DNA of 64,000 bases from an uncultured delta proteobacterium (lineage in GTDB: Bacteria > Desulfobacterota > Binatia > UBA9968). Made by a program: the position numbers and the translations under genes. Shown here piece after piece: positions 37,410 to 48,344 of the stretch. The stretch is taken from assembly GCA_963745835.1 (NCBI GenBank), contig CAVUZH010000018.1:224001-288000 (forward strand), given 5' to 3'. The notes beneath the pieces were generated by a model, which was not told the origin of the DNA, searched no databases, and worked only from the letters and a program-made list of their open reading frames with translations. Position 1 is the first letter of the stretch. Every line of letters begins with the position of its first letter.

Positions 37410-39812
37410 CTAGCGCAACACCTCTCGTTGTCTGAGATCCGCAATCTGCCGGCTGGACATGCCCAGTAATTCACCGAATACCGACTCGTTATCGTCGCCG
37501 GCGAAGCGCGCTTGCTCTTCAGCCGTAAATTTCGCTGCGCTCGACCGAACTGATGGCCCGGCGCGCGTCACCCAACCGGTGGACTGATGAAACACCTCCC
37601 GCGCAGAGCCGCGCTCGCGCAGGTGCGGATCGCGATAGAGATCTTCGGCGGTTTGCACTACCCCGGCGGCTATGCCGTTGCGCTGCAAAATCATCATGAC
37701 CTGATGCGGCGTGTGCCGGGCCGTCCACGAGTCGACCAAAGGATCGAGCTCTGAACGATTTGCAACCCGGGATGAAAGATCCCTGAACCGAGCATCTGCA
37801 AACCACTCGCGATGGCCGACGACATCGCAGAAGTGCGCCCATTCTTCTTCCGTCTGCACCGAAATAACACACCAGCGGTCGTCTCCCTTGCATTTATAGC
37901 AGCCGTGCGGCGCAGAGAACGCGCTGAAATTGCCGCGTGGTTGAGGCTCCCGCCCGGTTAGCAACCATTCCAGATGTGCCGGAGCAATGAGCGAGGCAGC
38001 CGTCTCGGCCTGGGAGAGGTCGATGTACTGGCCTTTGCCGGTACGCGCGCGATAGTGCAGAGCCGCTAGAATCGCCAGCGCGCCATAGGAGGGCGCGATG
38101 TAATCGGGAAAGGCCGTCTGACAAGCGGCACCCGGCCGCTCGCTTTCGGGATCACGCCAGAGATAAGCCATGCCGGAATAAGCCATGAGAATTGGTCCGA
38201 AACTGACATAGTCGCGCCGCGGCCCGGTCTGACCAAAAGCCTGAAGGCTGGCCATAATGATGTCGCTGCGAACTTTGCGCATGCGCGGATAGTCCAGTGA
38301 CCAACTCGCCATCACCCGGGCGCTGAAATTTTCCGCGACAACGTCCGATTGAGCGATGAGGCGCTTGGCGAGATCCACTCCCTCGCTGTGCTTCATGTTG
38401 ATGGCGATCCGTTTGCGGCCGCGGTTACTTTCGAGATCGGAGGCAATTTGAAATTGTTGGCCGCGCTGCGGGCTGCGGATGGCCCGACCGGCTTCAATGG
38501 AAATAACCTCTGCGCCATGTTCAGCCAACAGGCAGCCCAGGGCCGGTCCGACAACGCCGGTTGGAAAACTGATGACTCTGATGCCCGCAAAAGCTCGGCT
38601 ACTGCTCTCCGGTGATTTCAATGATTCCAGCGCCGGTGAGGGTCGCGACCAATCGCTCGTTATCATTGATTGATGTTCGCCAACGAGCGGCGCGCCCCGG
38701 CCGATATGCCAGGGGCTTTCAGAAAATTTATAAGGATCCCCAGGAAAACGGTGCCGGCCTAAATGAGCGTGATTGATTTCCACAACATAGTCGCGATGCC
38801 GGGTCTGTTCATCATCGAGAAAGGCACTGGGCGAGTTAATTGGGGCGGCGGCCAACCGACGCCCTTGAAATTCATCGAAGAAACCTTTCACGTAATAATT
38901 CAAAGTGCGGGCCTCGATGAGACGATCGAGCAGCGGCCGTAGTGGCAATCGGTTCTGCACGTTCTCGAATTTGGGATCGATCAACTCCGGTGGATTTCCG
39001 AGCCATTCAACCAGACGTCGCCAGTGATCCGGTTGGTTGCAGAAGAGGCGAACAAAACCGTCTTTGCACTGGTAGGTCTCAGCAACCGTCGTTGCCTGGC
39101 TGTGTCCGGTGCGCTGCAGTATTTCACCCGTGACACTGTAGCGCGTGATGATGCGTAGAAAGGGATCGGCAACCAACACGTCCTGAAGTGAGATGTCCAG
39201 ATGATCGCCACGCCCAGAGACGCGCCGGTTGAACAGGGCTACCAAGGTGCCAAACGCCGCATGCACGGATCCCAGACGATAGGCGATATCGCACGGACCG
39301 CTGAGCGGGGCGCGCTCGGGATGGCCGCATAGATTCATCAAACCGCCCATCGCAAATGCGACGATACTCGGCGTCTTGAAATCGCGATAAGGGCCCGTGC
39401 TGCCAAAGCCACTGATGGAAGTCATGACCAGTGCTGGATTGATGGCTTGCAGATCTTCGTATCCGAGACCGAGCCGTTGGCAAAATGCCACTGGACGATC
39501 TTCGATGAACACGTCTGCATGGCCAACGAGATGGCGCAGCCTTGCACGATCATTCTCCGACTCTAGATCCAGGACAATTCCCTGCTTGTTTGTGTGATAG
39601 GCGGCAAAGGAGATACTTCCTTCCGGGTTCGGACTGTCCTTGAACGGCCCCTCGCCTCGCATGATTTCGCCACCGGGTGGTTCTATGAGAATTACCTCGG
39701 CGCCAAGATTTGCCAGAAGCAGACCGCAGTATCCTCCCATTCGACTGGTAAAATCCAAGACACGTAGACCGGCTAACGCACCCGATTTCAATGGATTCGA
39801 TTCGACAGGCAT
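37410..39812 (-). CDS. CoA-transferase family III (CaiB/BaiF), two fused domains
   Basis: LAGLRVLDF...GAEVI and FAGIRVISF...GAEVI repeats; DVVAENFS. Confidence 0.9.
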   Translation of the reverse strand: MPVESNPLKSGALAGLRVLDFTSRMGGYCGLLLANLGAEVILIEPPGGEIMRGEGPFKDSPNPEGSISFAAYHTNKQGIVLDLESENDRARLRHLVGHADVFIEDRPVAFCQRLGLGYEDLQAINPALVMTSISGFGSTGPYRDFKTPSIVAFAMGGLMNLCGHPERAPLSGPCDIAYRLGSVHAAFGTLVALFNRRVSGRGDHLDISLQDVLVADPFLRIITRYSVTGEILQRTGHSQATTVAETYQCKDGFVRLFCNQPDHWRRLVEWLGNPPELIDPKFENVQNRLPLRPLLDRLIEARTLNYYVKGFFDEFQGRRLAAAPINSPSAFLDDEQTRHRDYVVEINHAHLGRHRFPGDPYKFSESPWHIGRGAPLVGEHQSMITSDWSRPSPALESLKSPESSSRAFAGIRVISFPTGVVGPALGCLLAEHGAEVISIEAGRAIRSPQRGQQFQIASDLESNRGRKRIAINMKHSEGVDLAKRLIAQSDVVAENFSARVMASWSLDYPRMRKVRSDIIMASLQAFGQTGPRRDYVSFGPILMAYSGMAYLWRDPESERPGAACQTAFPDYIAPSYGALAILAALHYRARTGKGQYIDLSQAETAASLIAPAHLEWLLTGREPQPRGNFSAFSAPHGCYKCKGDDRWCVISVQTEEEWAHFCDVVGHREWFADARFRDLSSRVANRSELDPLVDSWTARHTPHQVMMILQRNGIAAGVVQTAEDLYRDPHLRERGSAREVFHQSTGWVTRAGPSVRSSAAKFTAEEQARFAGDDNESVFGELLGMSSRQIADLRQREVLR

Positions 39813-40078
39813 TCGATAGATCCTCGAGAAGTCTCAAATAAAATTTTTCAAAACTCACAGCTCAGAAAAAGTTTTCTAATGTCATCCTGTCCACCTGCAC
39901 AGAAACTCGGAAGAGCCGAATTCACCGCAGAAGGTCGGACTTCGCCTTCCGTACAACGAATACACACGATGACTATGCACTCGTTTGGGAATATATTTGC
40001 AGCGGACTATAAATAACAAGAGACGCTCGATGTTTACCCCTCGTACGAGTGGTTTGTTGGTAACCGTTGATTCTGGCG

Positions 40079-40513
40079 ATGATTCCAGCGCAAACAGTTT
40101 ATCCGGTGCTTGCCGATTTGGTTGTCTTGGTCCATCTAGGCTTTGTCGTCTTCGTGGTTTTAGGCGGATTGTTGGTGATGAAATGGCCCGGGCTGATCTG
40201 GTTCCATTTGCCGGCGGTGTTCTGGGGCATCGCTATCGAACTTTCCGGCTGGATTTGTCCTTTGACGCCGCTCGAGAACTGGCTCCGGCACAAAGGAGGA
40301 GAAGAAAACTATCAGTTTGATTTTGTCGCGCATTACCTCTTGCCGATGCTTTATCCGCAAGGGCTAACGCGTAGATCGCAGATTGTCCTCGGTGCTCTCG
40401 TGCTCGTCGTGAATGGCGCGATCTATGGGTGGGTTCTTAGAAAAAGGAAGGTTCAACGGTTCAATCGTTTAACCGTTCAACGCCCTGCTAAGCCTCAACT
40501 CCGCAATCGCTAA
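40079..40513 (+). CDS. DUF2784 membrane protein
   Basis: LADLVVLVHLGF, WICPLTPLENWLR, F..HYL; C-terminus runs into a GTTCAA repeat. Confidence 0.85.
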   Translation: MIPAQTVYPVLADLVVLVHLGFVVFVVLGGLLVMKWPGLIWFHLPAVFWGIAIELSGWICPLTPLENWLRHKGGEENYQFDFVAHYLLPMLYPQGLTRRSQIVLGALVLVVNGAIYGWVLRKRKVQRFNRLTVQRPAKPQLRNR

Positions 40514-40631
40514 TCCTTAAACACTGATAATTAGCTCAGTCTCTAATTCGAATAAGAAGTCAAAGCTCAAATTTCGTTGAGCTGAACTCGAGATCGGTCT
40601 GACGTTGAACTGTTTGAACGGAGTCTTGTTC

Positions 40632-42137
40632 TTAATCCGTTTTCGAAATGGGCGCGAGCTTCCCGCTGCTGTCGTAAACCTCGATGGGCCCGTATTTTTC
40701 CAGAGCAGGTTTGATCTTGTCCGCATCGCCTACCGCCACTAGCTGCATCGTGTCCGGGTCGAGATAGGTACGCGCCACACGCTGCAGATCTTCCGCGGTC
40801 ACCGCCATGATTTGGCTCGGATAGTTGTCCCAGTAATCTGGAGGAAAGCCATAGGTTTTCTGCACCATGGCAAAAGCCAGCACGCCAGTCGGCTGCTCCA
40901 GAGATAGCGCAAAACGCGCGGTGATAGCGCGTTTGGCATCAGCCAATTCGCTATCAGAAACTTTTTCATCGCGAATGCGCCGGATCTCGTTGAAGAATTC
41001 AGCCACGGCTGGGGCGGTCACTTCCGTGCGCATACTACCGCCGGCGCGCCATGGACCGGGGTAACGAAGCGCGGTCAGATCGCTGTAGACTCCGTAGGTG
41101 TAGCCTTTTTCCTCGCGAAGATTCAAAAACAACCGGGCCGCGGCGCCGCCGCCAAGGATGTGATTCATGACCACCAGCGGTACATAGTCCGGACTGCGGC
41201 GCTCGATGGCGATGTTGCCCAGAGCGATGGTTGTTTGCACCGAGTTGGGCCGATCGACCAGGTAAACTTTCCGCTCGGTGGTTGGAACGGCATTGGCCGG
41301 CAAGGTTTCTTTCAAGCTGGTCGCTTCCCAATCGGCCAGCCATTTCTCGAGCTTGGGGATCAGTTCTCCAGCGCGCACGTTGCCGGCAAATCCCAAAATT
41401 GCATTCTGCGGCACATAGCGCTCGCGATGCCACTTTGCCAAAACCGCCGGTGTTAACGATTCGAGCGATTCTGCTGTCGCTGAGACAATTGCAGCCGGAT
41501 GCTGGCTGAAAAGCGCGCGGTTGAAACGCTCGCTGGCGAGAAAACCAGGTGATGCTCTCTGCTGGCGCAACTGCACGCCTAGTCGTTGCTTGAGGTTGTC
41601 TAGTTCGCGGGCCGGAAAACTAGGATGAAGCAAGACCTCCAGCGCCAAAGGAAACCAGATGTCAAAGTTATCGCTCAATCCGGAGGCGCCAAAGGTAGTG
41701 ACCGAGGAGCCGAAGTCGGCCGATCCGCCGAAACTTGCTCCCAATTTGTCGGCCTCTTCGGCAATCTGTTTGCTGTCGCGCGATTTCGTCCCCTCGCGTA
41801 GCATCTGCGCCGTGACACTCGCCAGCCCGGCAACATTCTCGGGTTCGTACAAAGCTCCAGCGGCGCTGATTTGCAGTTGAACCGAGATCGCCGGAAAGCG
41901 GTGATCTTCGGCGATCAGCACGGTAAGGCCATTTTTCAATTTCGCTTCTACGGGTTTGGGCAGCTTGACTCGAAGAACCTCGCTCGACAGCGGCGCTTGG
42001 TTCTTTCTTTCTACTTTACTCGTCGGCGTGCTCGGCGCCGAATCTTGAGCGCGAATCGGAGAAGTTAGAAATAGAAACCCAGCGGCAAGGCTGATTGCCG
42101 CCGTCAAAGACCGATAAGATTTACGAGATTGATTCAT
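40632..42137 (-). CDS. M16 (pitrilysin) family peptidase, non-catalytic subunit
   Basis: LKNGLTV; no HxxEH; RLFLNLREEKGYTY. Confidence 0.88.
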   Translation of the reverse strand: MNQSRKSYRSLTAAISLAAGFLFLTSPIRAQDSAPSTPTSKVERKNQAPLSSEVLRVKLPKPVEAKLKNGLTVLIAEDHRFPAISVQLQISAAGALYEPENVAGLASVTAQMLREGTKSRDSKQIAEEADKLGASFGGSADFGSSVTTFGASGLSDNFDIWFPLALEVLLHPSFPARELDNLKQRLGVQLRQQRASPGFLASERFNRALFSQHPAAIVSATAESLESLTPAVLAKWHRERYVPQNAILGFAGNVRAGELIPKLEKWLADWEATSLKETLPANAVPTTERKVYLVDRPNSVQTTIALGNIAIERRSPDYVPLVVMNHILGGGAAARLFLNLREEKGYTYGVYSDLTALRYPGPWRAGGSMRTEVTAPAVAEFFNEIRRIRDEKVSDSELADAKRAITARFALSLEQPTGVLAFAMVQKTYGFPPDYWDNYPSQIMAVTAEDLQRVARTYLDPDTMQLVAVGDADKIKPALEKYGPIEVYDSSGKLAPISKTD

Positions 42138-42138
42138 A

Positions 42139-43533
42139 TCAGCGATTGATCGTCGCGGTGGGTGAGGCTGCTTTGGCTTTCGGCAACGTCGTCACCACCG
42201 TTCGATTGCTCTCCTTCAAGTAATTGTTGGCGACACGCTGCAAGTCGTCCTTGGACACCTCGAAGATCTTTTCCTGAACCGAATTGATCAGCCCTGGATC
42301 GTTGTAATAAACCGCATAATAACCCAGAGTATTGGCGCGGCTGCGCGTGCTGTAGAAACTCTGCGCCCGCTGGCGACGGACCTGGGTGCGTACCTTTTCT
42401 ATTTCCCAATCCATGACGGCTTCGGTTTTGGTTCGCTCCAGTTCTTCATAAACGAGCTTCTCAATCTCGTCGAGGCTGATTCCCGGCCGGGGCATAACCG
42501 AAACCCAAAACAGAGATGGCCCGCGACGCTCGTCCGGTCCGGCGGAAATACTCAACGCGAGCTCTCTGTCCTTGACGAATTTCTGGTAAAGACGCGACGA
42601 TAATCCACCGGATAGGACCTGCCCCAATACCTGCAGCGCATAAGAATCCGGAGTATTCCCGGGCGGAATTTTATAGACGATATCGAGCCGGGGGGTTTGC
42701 GCAAAGGCATCCTCTATGGTGTTGCGGCGTTCAGCCTGTTGCTCCGGCTCCGCGACATTGAGCGCGGGTGGCGGCGGCTGTGACGGAATGTTCTCGAAGT
42801 ATTTTTTGATCAGTGCCATAGCCTCTTCAGTCTTGAAAGCCCCGACCAACGAGAGCACCGCATTGTTAGGCGCGTAATAAGTTCGAAAGAACTCCGCGAC
42901 ATCCTTTAGAGTCGCCGCGTTCAAGTCCTCCATGGATCCAATGGTCGAGTGCTTGTAGGCGAAATTGTCATAGGCGGTGCCGATGACTGCTTCATAGGTT
43001 CGACCATAGGGGCGGTTGTCGACTCCCTGGCGCCGCTCTTCCTGGACGGTATGGCGCTGGTTGTCCAGATTGGCCTGATTGATATTCAAAGAGCGCATGC
43101 GATCGGCTTCCAGAAATAGGCCAAGCTCGAGCTGGTTCGCCGGCAAAGTCTGAAAGTAGTTGGTGCGATCCGAATTGGTGGTGCCGTTGGCGCTGCCGCC
43201 GTTGTTAAGAACCAAAATAAAGTGCTCGCCCTTACCTACATTTGCCGAGCCCTGAAACATCATATGTTCAAAGAGGTGAGCAAATCCCGTGCGGCCGGGC
43301 TTCTCGTCACGAGAGCCGACATTGTAGGTGACGCAGATCGAGTAGGTTGGCGCATGCTGATCTTCCGAGAGAATGATACGCAAGCCATTGGCAAGTTTAT
43401 ATTCTTTGAAGGATACAGCGATGCTATCGGCAGATTGAGCGGCGGCGGCCGGCCTTATTTGTGATTGTCCAATCGCGCCCGCAGCGACAATCAGGATGAG
43501 CAGCGCAAGCGAAAAAGAAATGGCTTTAGACAA
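42139..43533 (-). CDS. M16 family zinc peptidase, catalytic subunit
   Basis: GFAHLFEHMMF, NGTT..DRTNY; TTG start with GGAG (start uncertain, ORF extends to 43578). Confidence 0.9.
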   Translation of the reverse strand: MSKAISFSLALLILIVAAGAIGQSQIRPAAAAQSADSIAVSFKEYKLANGLRIILSEDQHAPTYSICVTYNVGSRDEKPGRTGFAHLFEHMMFQGSANVGKGEHFILVLNNGGSANGTTNSDRTNYFQTLPANQLELGLFLEADRMRSLNINQANLDNQRHTVQEERRQGVDNRPYGRTYEAVIGTAYDNFAYKHSTIGSMEDLNAATLKDVAEFFRTYYAPNNAVLSLVGAFKTEEAMALIKKYFENIPSQPPPPALNVAEPEQQAERRNTIEDAFAQTPRLDIVYKIPPGNTPDSYALQVLGQVLSGGLSSRLYQKFVKDRELALSISAGPDERRGPSLFWVSVMPRPGISLDEIEKLVYEELERTKTEAVMDWEIEKVRTQVRRQRAQSFYSTRSRANTLGYYAVYYNDPGLINSVQEKIFEVSKDDLQRVANNYLKESNRTVVTTLPKAKAASPTATINR

Positions 43534-43791
43534 GTCATGCTCCAGAGTTATAAGTTTTAATTGACTAGCCATCGCCACAGCTTTGTCACCGGCGAGGCAA
43601 AACAGTCACTCCACTCAGTATATGGGGACTATCCGGGAGCAGCAAGCGCACTGCTCGTCTGTTTCCTGTATCGGCCGGCTACTCCTCCATCAAAATCATC
43701 CATGAAGTGATTTCGCGATGATTCGAATTGAGTTGACAGCTCTTGTTTCCCGGCGGTAACGTCGGCCATCAAATCGACGAGGTGAGTTTAT

Positions 43792-44847
43792 ATGGCCGGG
43801 CCGGTGAAGGAGTTTGAGGTCCATCCTTATGTCCAGTTCATGATGGACAGGTATAGTCCCTATAAAAAGTGGATCGAGGCCGAAGGCGTGCCGATCATCG
43901 GCGGGGCGTTCGTCAGGGACGTGCGCACCGAAAAACTTGGCTATTGGAAGCGTAAAGAGTGCAAGGGCGCCATTTGCACGTTTTCCGATCAGATGGTTGC
44001 CGATGCCTACATTGCAGAGATCGATCCGGGAAAGAGCACCAAACCTCAACGTCAGCTCTACGAAGAAATCATCACCGTCGCAGCCGGTCGGGGCGCAACC
44101 ACCGTATGGTATGAAGGCACGGCCAAGCGAGTTTTCGAATGGGAAAGAGGCAGCACCTTCGCGATTCCACTTAACGCGTGGCACCAGCATCATAATGCCA
44201 GCGGCTCTGAGCCCTGCCGCTATTTTGCGCTCACCAGCCAGCCAGTGGCGTTCGAGCTTTTCCGAGACTCAGAGTTTATCTTCAACACGAATTATATGTT
44301 CACAGACCGTTTCGATCCCGGCGATCCCGAATTTTTTTCCAAAGAAGGGCAGTACTTCACCGAGTACTACGGCGGCATTCTCCATTCCAACTTCATCCCT
44401 GATATCCGGAAAATCAATCTCGTGCCGCGCGAGAAGCGCGGCAAGGGCACGCGCAATATGTATATTCATATGTCCGGGAGCGCGATGTTGGCGCACGTTT
44501 CGCAGTTTCCTGTAGGACGGTACAAGAAGGCGCATCGCCATGGCCCCGGTGCTCATGTGTTTCTGCTCGACTCGACGGGTTACACCTTGATGTGGAACGA
44601 GGGGGAAAAACCCGAAAGGTACGACTGGCACGAAGCGACCTGCATCTCACCGCCGGCGGGCACTTGGCACCAGCACTACAATACCGGCAAGGAGCCGTGT
44701 AAGTTTGTCGCGCTTCATGCCAACACGGCAGTGCAAAGAGAAGAGCGGGGCGTCGAACAGATCGAATTTGAGGACGAAGATGACTCGATGCGCAAGCTCT
44801 ACGAGGAGGAATGCGCCAAGAATGGGGTCAGGGTGGATATGCAGTAA
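43792..44847 (+). CDS. bicupin protein (gentisate dioxygenase-like fold)
   Basis: PLNAWHQHHN and KAHRHGPG...WHQHYN cupin motifs. Confidence 0.8.
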   Translation: MAGPVKEFEVHPYVQFMMDRYSPYKKWIEAEGVPIIGGAFVRDVRTEKLGYWKRKECKGAICTFSDQMVADAYIAEIDPGKSTKPQRQLYEEIITVAAGRGATTVWYEGTAKRVFEWERGSTFAIPLNAWHQHHNASGSEPCRYFALTSQPVAFELFRDSEFIFNTNYMFTDRFDPGDPEFFSKEGQYFTEYYGGILHSNFIPDIRKINLVPREKRGKGTRNMYIHMSGSAMLAHVSQFPVGRYKKAHRHGPGAHVFLLDSTGYTLMWNEGEKPERYDWHEATCISPPAGTWHQHYNTGKEPCKFVALHANTAVQREERGVEQIEFEDEDDSMRKLYEEECAKNGVRVDMQ

Positions 44848-44903
44848 TCTACTACCAGAAGAATCGCGGCTACGAATTTGCGGCTCGGGCCGTTGGAGGT
44901 TTC

Positions 44904-45989
44904 ATGAATCAAATTAGACCGGCGTCGGCGTTCTTCATTAGTTATCTGGTACTAATTGGTTTATTTAGTGTCTTAAGCACGAGTGAAGCATCCGCGGCAT
45001 CCGCTTCGAATCCGCCACGCGAAAGTCAATCCCAAAATGAATCCCAAAGTGAATCCATCAATGAGCTTTATGAAAAAGCCAAGAAAGAAGGCGGCCAGCT
45101 GACGCTCTACATAGCCCTGTCGGCCCGTTCGGAAGAAATTATCCTGCCGTTGTTCAAGAAACGCTTTCCCGCCATTGCAGTGAACCACATCGACGCGACC
45201 TCCGATAAATTGGTGGCGCGGGTCTTGGCGGAGCAGCGCGGCGGACGAATCATCGGCGATGTATTCGGCGGCACTCCGGGTTATCTGGCTCAAATGACCG
45301 AGCAGAAACTGTTGGCGCCGCTTGCGGTTCCTGAGGCGGCGGCTTATCCGGCAATGCTCAAGGGAGCGGAGTGGGTGGCAACCGACACGCAGTATTTTAT
45401 CGCCGGATGGAACACCAGCCTGGTTAAAAAGAGCGATGAACCTAAGCAGTTTGAAGATTTCGCTGATCCGAAGTGGAAAGGGAAATTGATCGCCGAACCC
45501 CGGGATTTCCAGCTGTTGATGGGTTTGGCCAAGAGAAAATACAACAGTGACGAAAAGGCTGTCGAGCTATTAAAGAAAATCGCCGCCAACGGCGTGGAGT
45601 TCCATAAAGGTCATTCGCAACTTATCGAACTGTTGGTGGCGGGCCAGGCGCCGGTTTGCCTCACCTGTTATTCGCACCATTTCCCGCCGCGAATGAAAAA
45701 GGGCGCGCCGATTGTGCCGCTCTTGAGCGAAGGCGTCGGCGAAGTCGGTGGCAGCGTGGCGATTCTCAAAGGCGCGCCACACCCGCATGCGGCCCGGCTG
45801 TGGGCGCGGTGGGCTGTCAGTGATGAAGGGCAGAGAGCCTATGCGCAGGCCGGTGAAACACCGGCTCATCCGAACGTCGAGCCGGCGGAGAAGGTACGGC
45901 CTGAGACCATTCATATGTTGACGGCCGACGAGGTGAAGGAGTTTCCGAAATACGAAAAGCTCTGGAAGGGAATTTTCCAGATCCGATAG
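44904..45989 (+). CDS. extracellular solute-binding protein
   Basis: GGAGG RBS; AKKEGG, DPKWKGK, APHPHAARL. Confidence 0.85.
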   Translation: MNQIRPASAFFISYLVLIGLFSVLSTSEASAASASNPPRESQSQNESQSESINELYEKAKKEGGQLTLYIALSARSEEIILPLFKKRFPAIAVNHIDATSDKLVARVLAEQRGGRIIGDVFGGTPGYLAQMTEQKLLAPLAVPEAAAYPAMLKGAEWVATDTQYFIAGWNTSLVKKSDEPKQFEDFADPKWKGKLIAEPRDFQLLMGLAKRKYNSDEKAVELLKKIAANGVEFHKGHSQLIELLVAGQAPVCLTCYSHHFPPRMKKGAPIVPLLSEGVGEVGGSVAILKGAPHPHAARLWARWAVSDEGQRAYAQAGETPAHPNVEPAEKVRPETIHMLTADEVKEFPKYEKLWKGIFQIR

Positions 45990-46985
45990 CTAAAACGGCA
46001 AGACCGTTCCCACGCGTTTCGCCGCCGCGGAATGATAGATGTGGTTCGCTAGCGCGACATCTTGATTGACCAAGCCGATGGCGCGGATGAAAATCCGCTC
46101 CCGCTCGGATTGGCGTGCGGGCTTTTTGCCTGAAAGCAGTTCCGGCAGCTCGGCATAAAGATCTTTTTCGCTCAAGAACTTTTCTTGCAACATTCGCTGC
46201 ATGTCCGATTTATTCCTGCAGTGCACCCAACTATCGACGACAAACTTGTCGGCATCCTTGTAAACGTCGCTCTCCATTTCTTGATGTTTGCCGATCGAAT
46301 AGACCGTTACTCCGGCAGTGAGCCAATGGTTTTTAACGAACGGTGACGACGCAGTTGTCGCTGAGACCACCAGGTCGGCGCCGTTGAGGGCTTCCTCAGT
46401 GGAATCGACGGGACGGATGTTTAGGTTGTAGGCAGCTCCGACTTCCCTGGCGTAACTTTGACGGGACTCGGTGGCGCGCGAGGTGACACGGATTTCTTTT
46501 AGGGCAAACGCCTGCGCTATCACCGGCACGACGGCCCTCGCGGTGTCACCAGCGCCCAGCATCGTCAGGATCGCGGCGTTCTTGCGCGCGAGCAAGCGCA
46601 TTGCGACGGTCGCCGCCGCTGCAGTCCGCACTGCATGGCACCAGTCCTCGTCCATGATGGCACGGATCTCTCCGCCTTCACGGTCGCTGAGAATCAGAAT
46701 TCTTCTTGGTCCCCTTGGCGCGCGCGACACATCGCGGCTACCACCCGCGGCTTTAATCGAGCGAATACGAAATCCCGCGACCGGCTCAGTTGAAAGCGCG
46801 CAGCCGGTGACCCATGACTGCCAGCCTTGCTCCGGTTTGATCGCGAGATCTTCCGGCGTCGACCAGATCACTCGACCTTCGCTGTGATCGCGCAGCGCTT
46901 GCTCGGTAATTTCGATAGCGCGGCCGAGGTCGAGAACTCTTTTCACGTCCTCGTTCGATAGATAGAGAATGCCTTTTTGTTCCAT
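45990..46985 (-). CDS. ornithine cyclodeaminase/mu-crystallin family
   Basis: RTAAAA, LGAGDTA, ADLVVSAT, GLVNQDVA. Confidence 0.85.
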   Translation of the reverse strand: MEQKGILYLSNEDVKRVLDLGRAIEITEQALRDHSEGRVIWSTPEDLAIKPEQGWQSWVTGCALSTEPVAGFRIRSIKAAGGSRDVSRAPRGPRRILILSDREGGEIRAIMDEDWCHAVRTAAAATVAMRLLARKNAAILTMLGAGDTARAVVPVIAQAFALKEIRVTSRATESRQSYAREVGAAYNLNIRPVDSTEEALNGADLVVSATTASSPFVKNHWLTAGVTVYSIGKHQEMESDVYKDADKFVVDSWVHCRNKSDMQRMLQEKFLSEKDLYAELPELLSGKKPARQSERERIFIRAIGLVNQDVALANHIYHSAAAKRVGTVLPF

Positions 46986-47014
46986 GGATTTTTCAACAAC
47001 ACATCACGAGTGGG

Positions 47015-47140
47015 AAATCCGAATCCGAATATCGATCCCGAAACAGACGCAAAGAATTCAATCCTAACTACGATCCGCCTGTTTGGAGTTCTCCGATTTT
47101 CGAAGAATCGATATTGTTTCGAATCTTGAGTTTCGGATTT
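47015..47140. repeat. AAATCCGAA...TTCGGATTT palindromic intergenic repeat, copy 2
   Basis: AAATCCGAATCCGAATATCG...TTGTTTCGAA...TTCGGATTT. Confidence 0.7.
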
Positions 47141-47171
47141 TTCACTCAGCCGCCAATTTCGCGCCTGTTGG

Positions 47172-48308
47172 TTACTTGATAATGTCTAACTTGCGACAAC
47201 CGGTGGTCAAAAATACAGGACCTTTCTCGGTAATGAGTACATCTTCTTCGAGATGAACCGCGCTTTTTTCGGAGCGAACTTTCGGTTCCAAGGCGAGGAC
47301 CATCCCGGGACGATAGAGCTCGGTCTCGACTTCGTTGAGCGATGGCGGTTCGGCTCTCGACATACCGATGCCATGGCCGATACGTTTCGGGCTCTCAACT
47401 GCCTGATAACCGCGCTTGACCAATTCACGGTTAGCCACGGGAGACACCTCGGCAATGCGCGTGCCGGGCTGCATCGACTCGAAACAGAGCTCGATCACGT
47501 CGCAGGCGGTCTCATGATCTTTTTTGTGTTCGGCGGTCGGTTCGCCAAAGATCGTCATTCGCGTGACGTCGCCGTAGTAGCCTTCATAACAGGCGCCGAA
47601 ATCGGCGATCATGCGGTCGCCCTGATTGTAGCGGCGGTCGTCGTAACGGGTCGAGGAATTAAGCATGAGAAAACCAGGATGGCGCGGGTGGGCGCCTTCC
47701 TCGATCATCGATATGTAGAGCCGATCCGCGACTTCGCGCCGGGTCATACCTGGTCTCAATTGAGGTAAGCAGCGATCGTACGCTTTGACCGAAATAGCAC
47801 AGGCCGTGCGCATGAAATCGATTTCCTGGGGGCTCTTGATCAGCCGCATTTCGGTTAGCGCAGCGGTGCCGTCTTTGATTTGTGCTTTTGGTAAAGCTTC
47901 GGTTAATCGTGAAAGATAGTTTACCGGAAAACCCAGACGCTGATCGTCACCGAGCTCAAACCCCAACTTAGATTCACCGAGACCTATCTCTTTGAGACAA
48001 TTGCCGATCATTTCTTCAGGAAAGGGTACGTCCGTATAGGCGCGCACTTCACCGATCCACGGCAGCGCCTTGGCTTTAGCTTTGTCATTGCCATAGACGA
48101 GCAGCAGCGGCTTACCGGTTTTCGGTAAAACGCAGATCTGCGGTCGCTGGATATGATCCAGCTGATAACTGATGAGACCGGTGAAATACCAGTAGTTGTT
48201 TTTTTCCGAGACCACCAATGCGTCGAGACCGTCGCGCTCCATCAGGATTTGTGCGCGTCGATAGCGGGTCAAATATTCTTCGTCCGCGAACGGGGCTTCG
48301 GTTGCCAT
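47172..48308 (-). CDS. Xaa-Pro peptidase (M24) family
   Basis: RLIKSPQE, DFGA..GY..D.TR, GHGIG, LALEP, LEEDV. Confidence 0.9.
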   Translation of the reverse strand: MATEAPFADEEYLTRYRRAQILMERDGLDALVVSEKNNYWYFTGLISYQLDHIQRPQICVLPKTGKPLLLVYGNDKAKAKALPWIGEVRAYTDVPFPEEMIGNCLKEIGLGESKLGFELGDDQRLGFPVNYLSRLTEALPKAQIKDGTAALTEMRLIKSPQEIDFMRTACAISVKAYDRCLPQLRPGMTRREVADRLYISMIEEGAHPRHPGFLMLNSSTRYDDRRYNQGDRMIADFGACYEGYYGDVTRMTIFGEPTAEHKKDHETACDVIELCFESMQPGTRIAEVSPVANRELVKRGYQAVESPKRIGHGIGMSRAEPPSLNEVETELYRPGMVLALEPKVRSEKSAVHLEEDVLITEKGPVFLTTGCRKLDIIK

Positions 48309-48344
48309 ACCTGCTGCCTCCTTGAGCTTCAGCGAAGATTCTTG

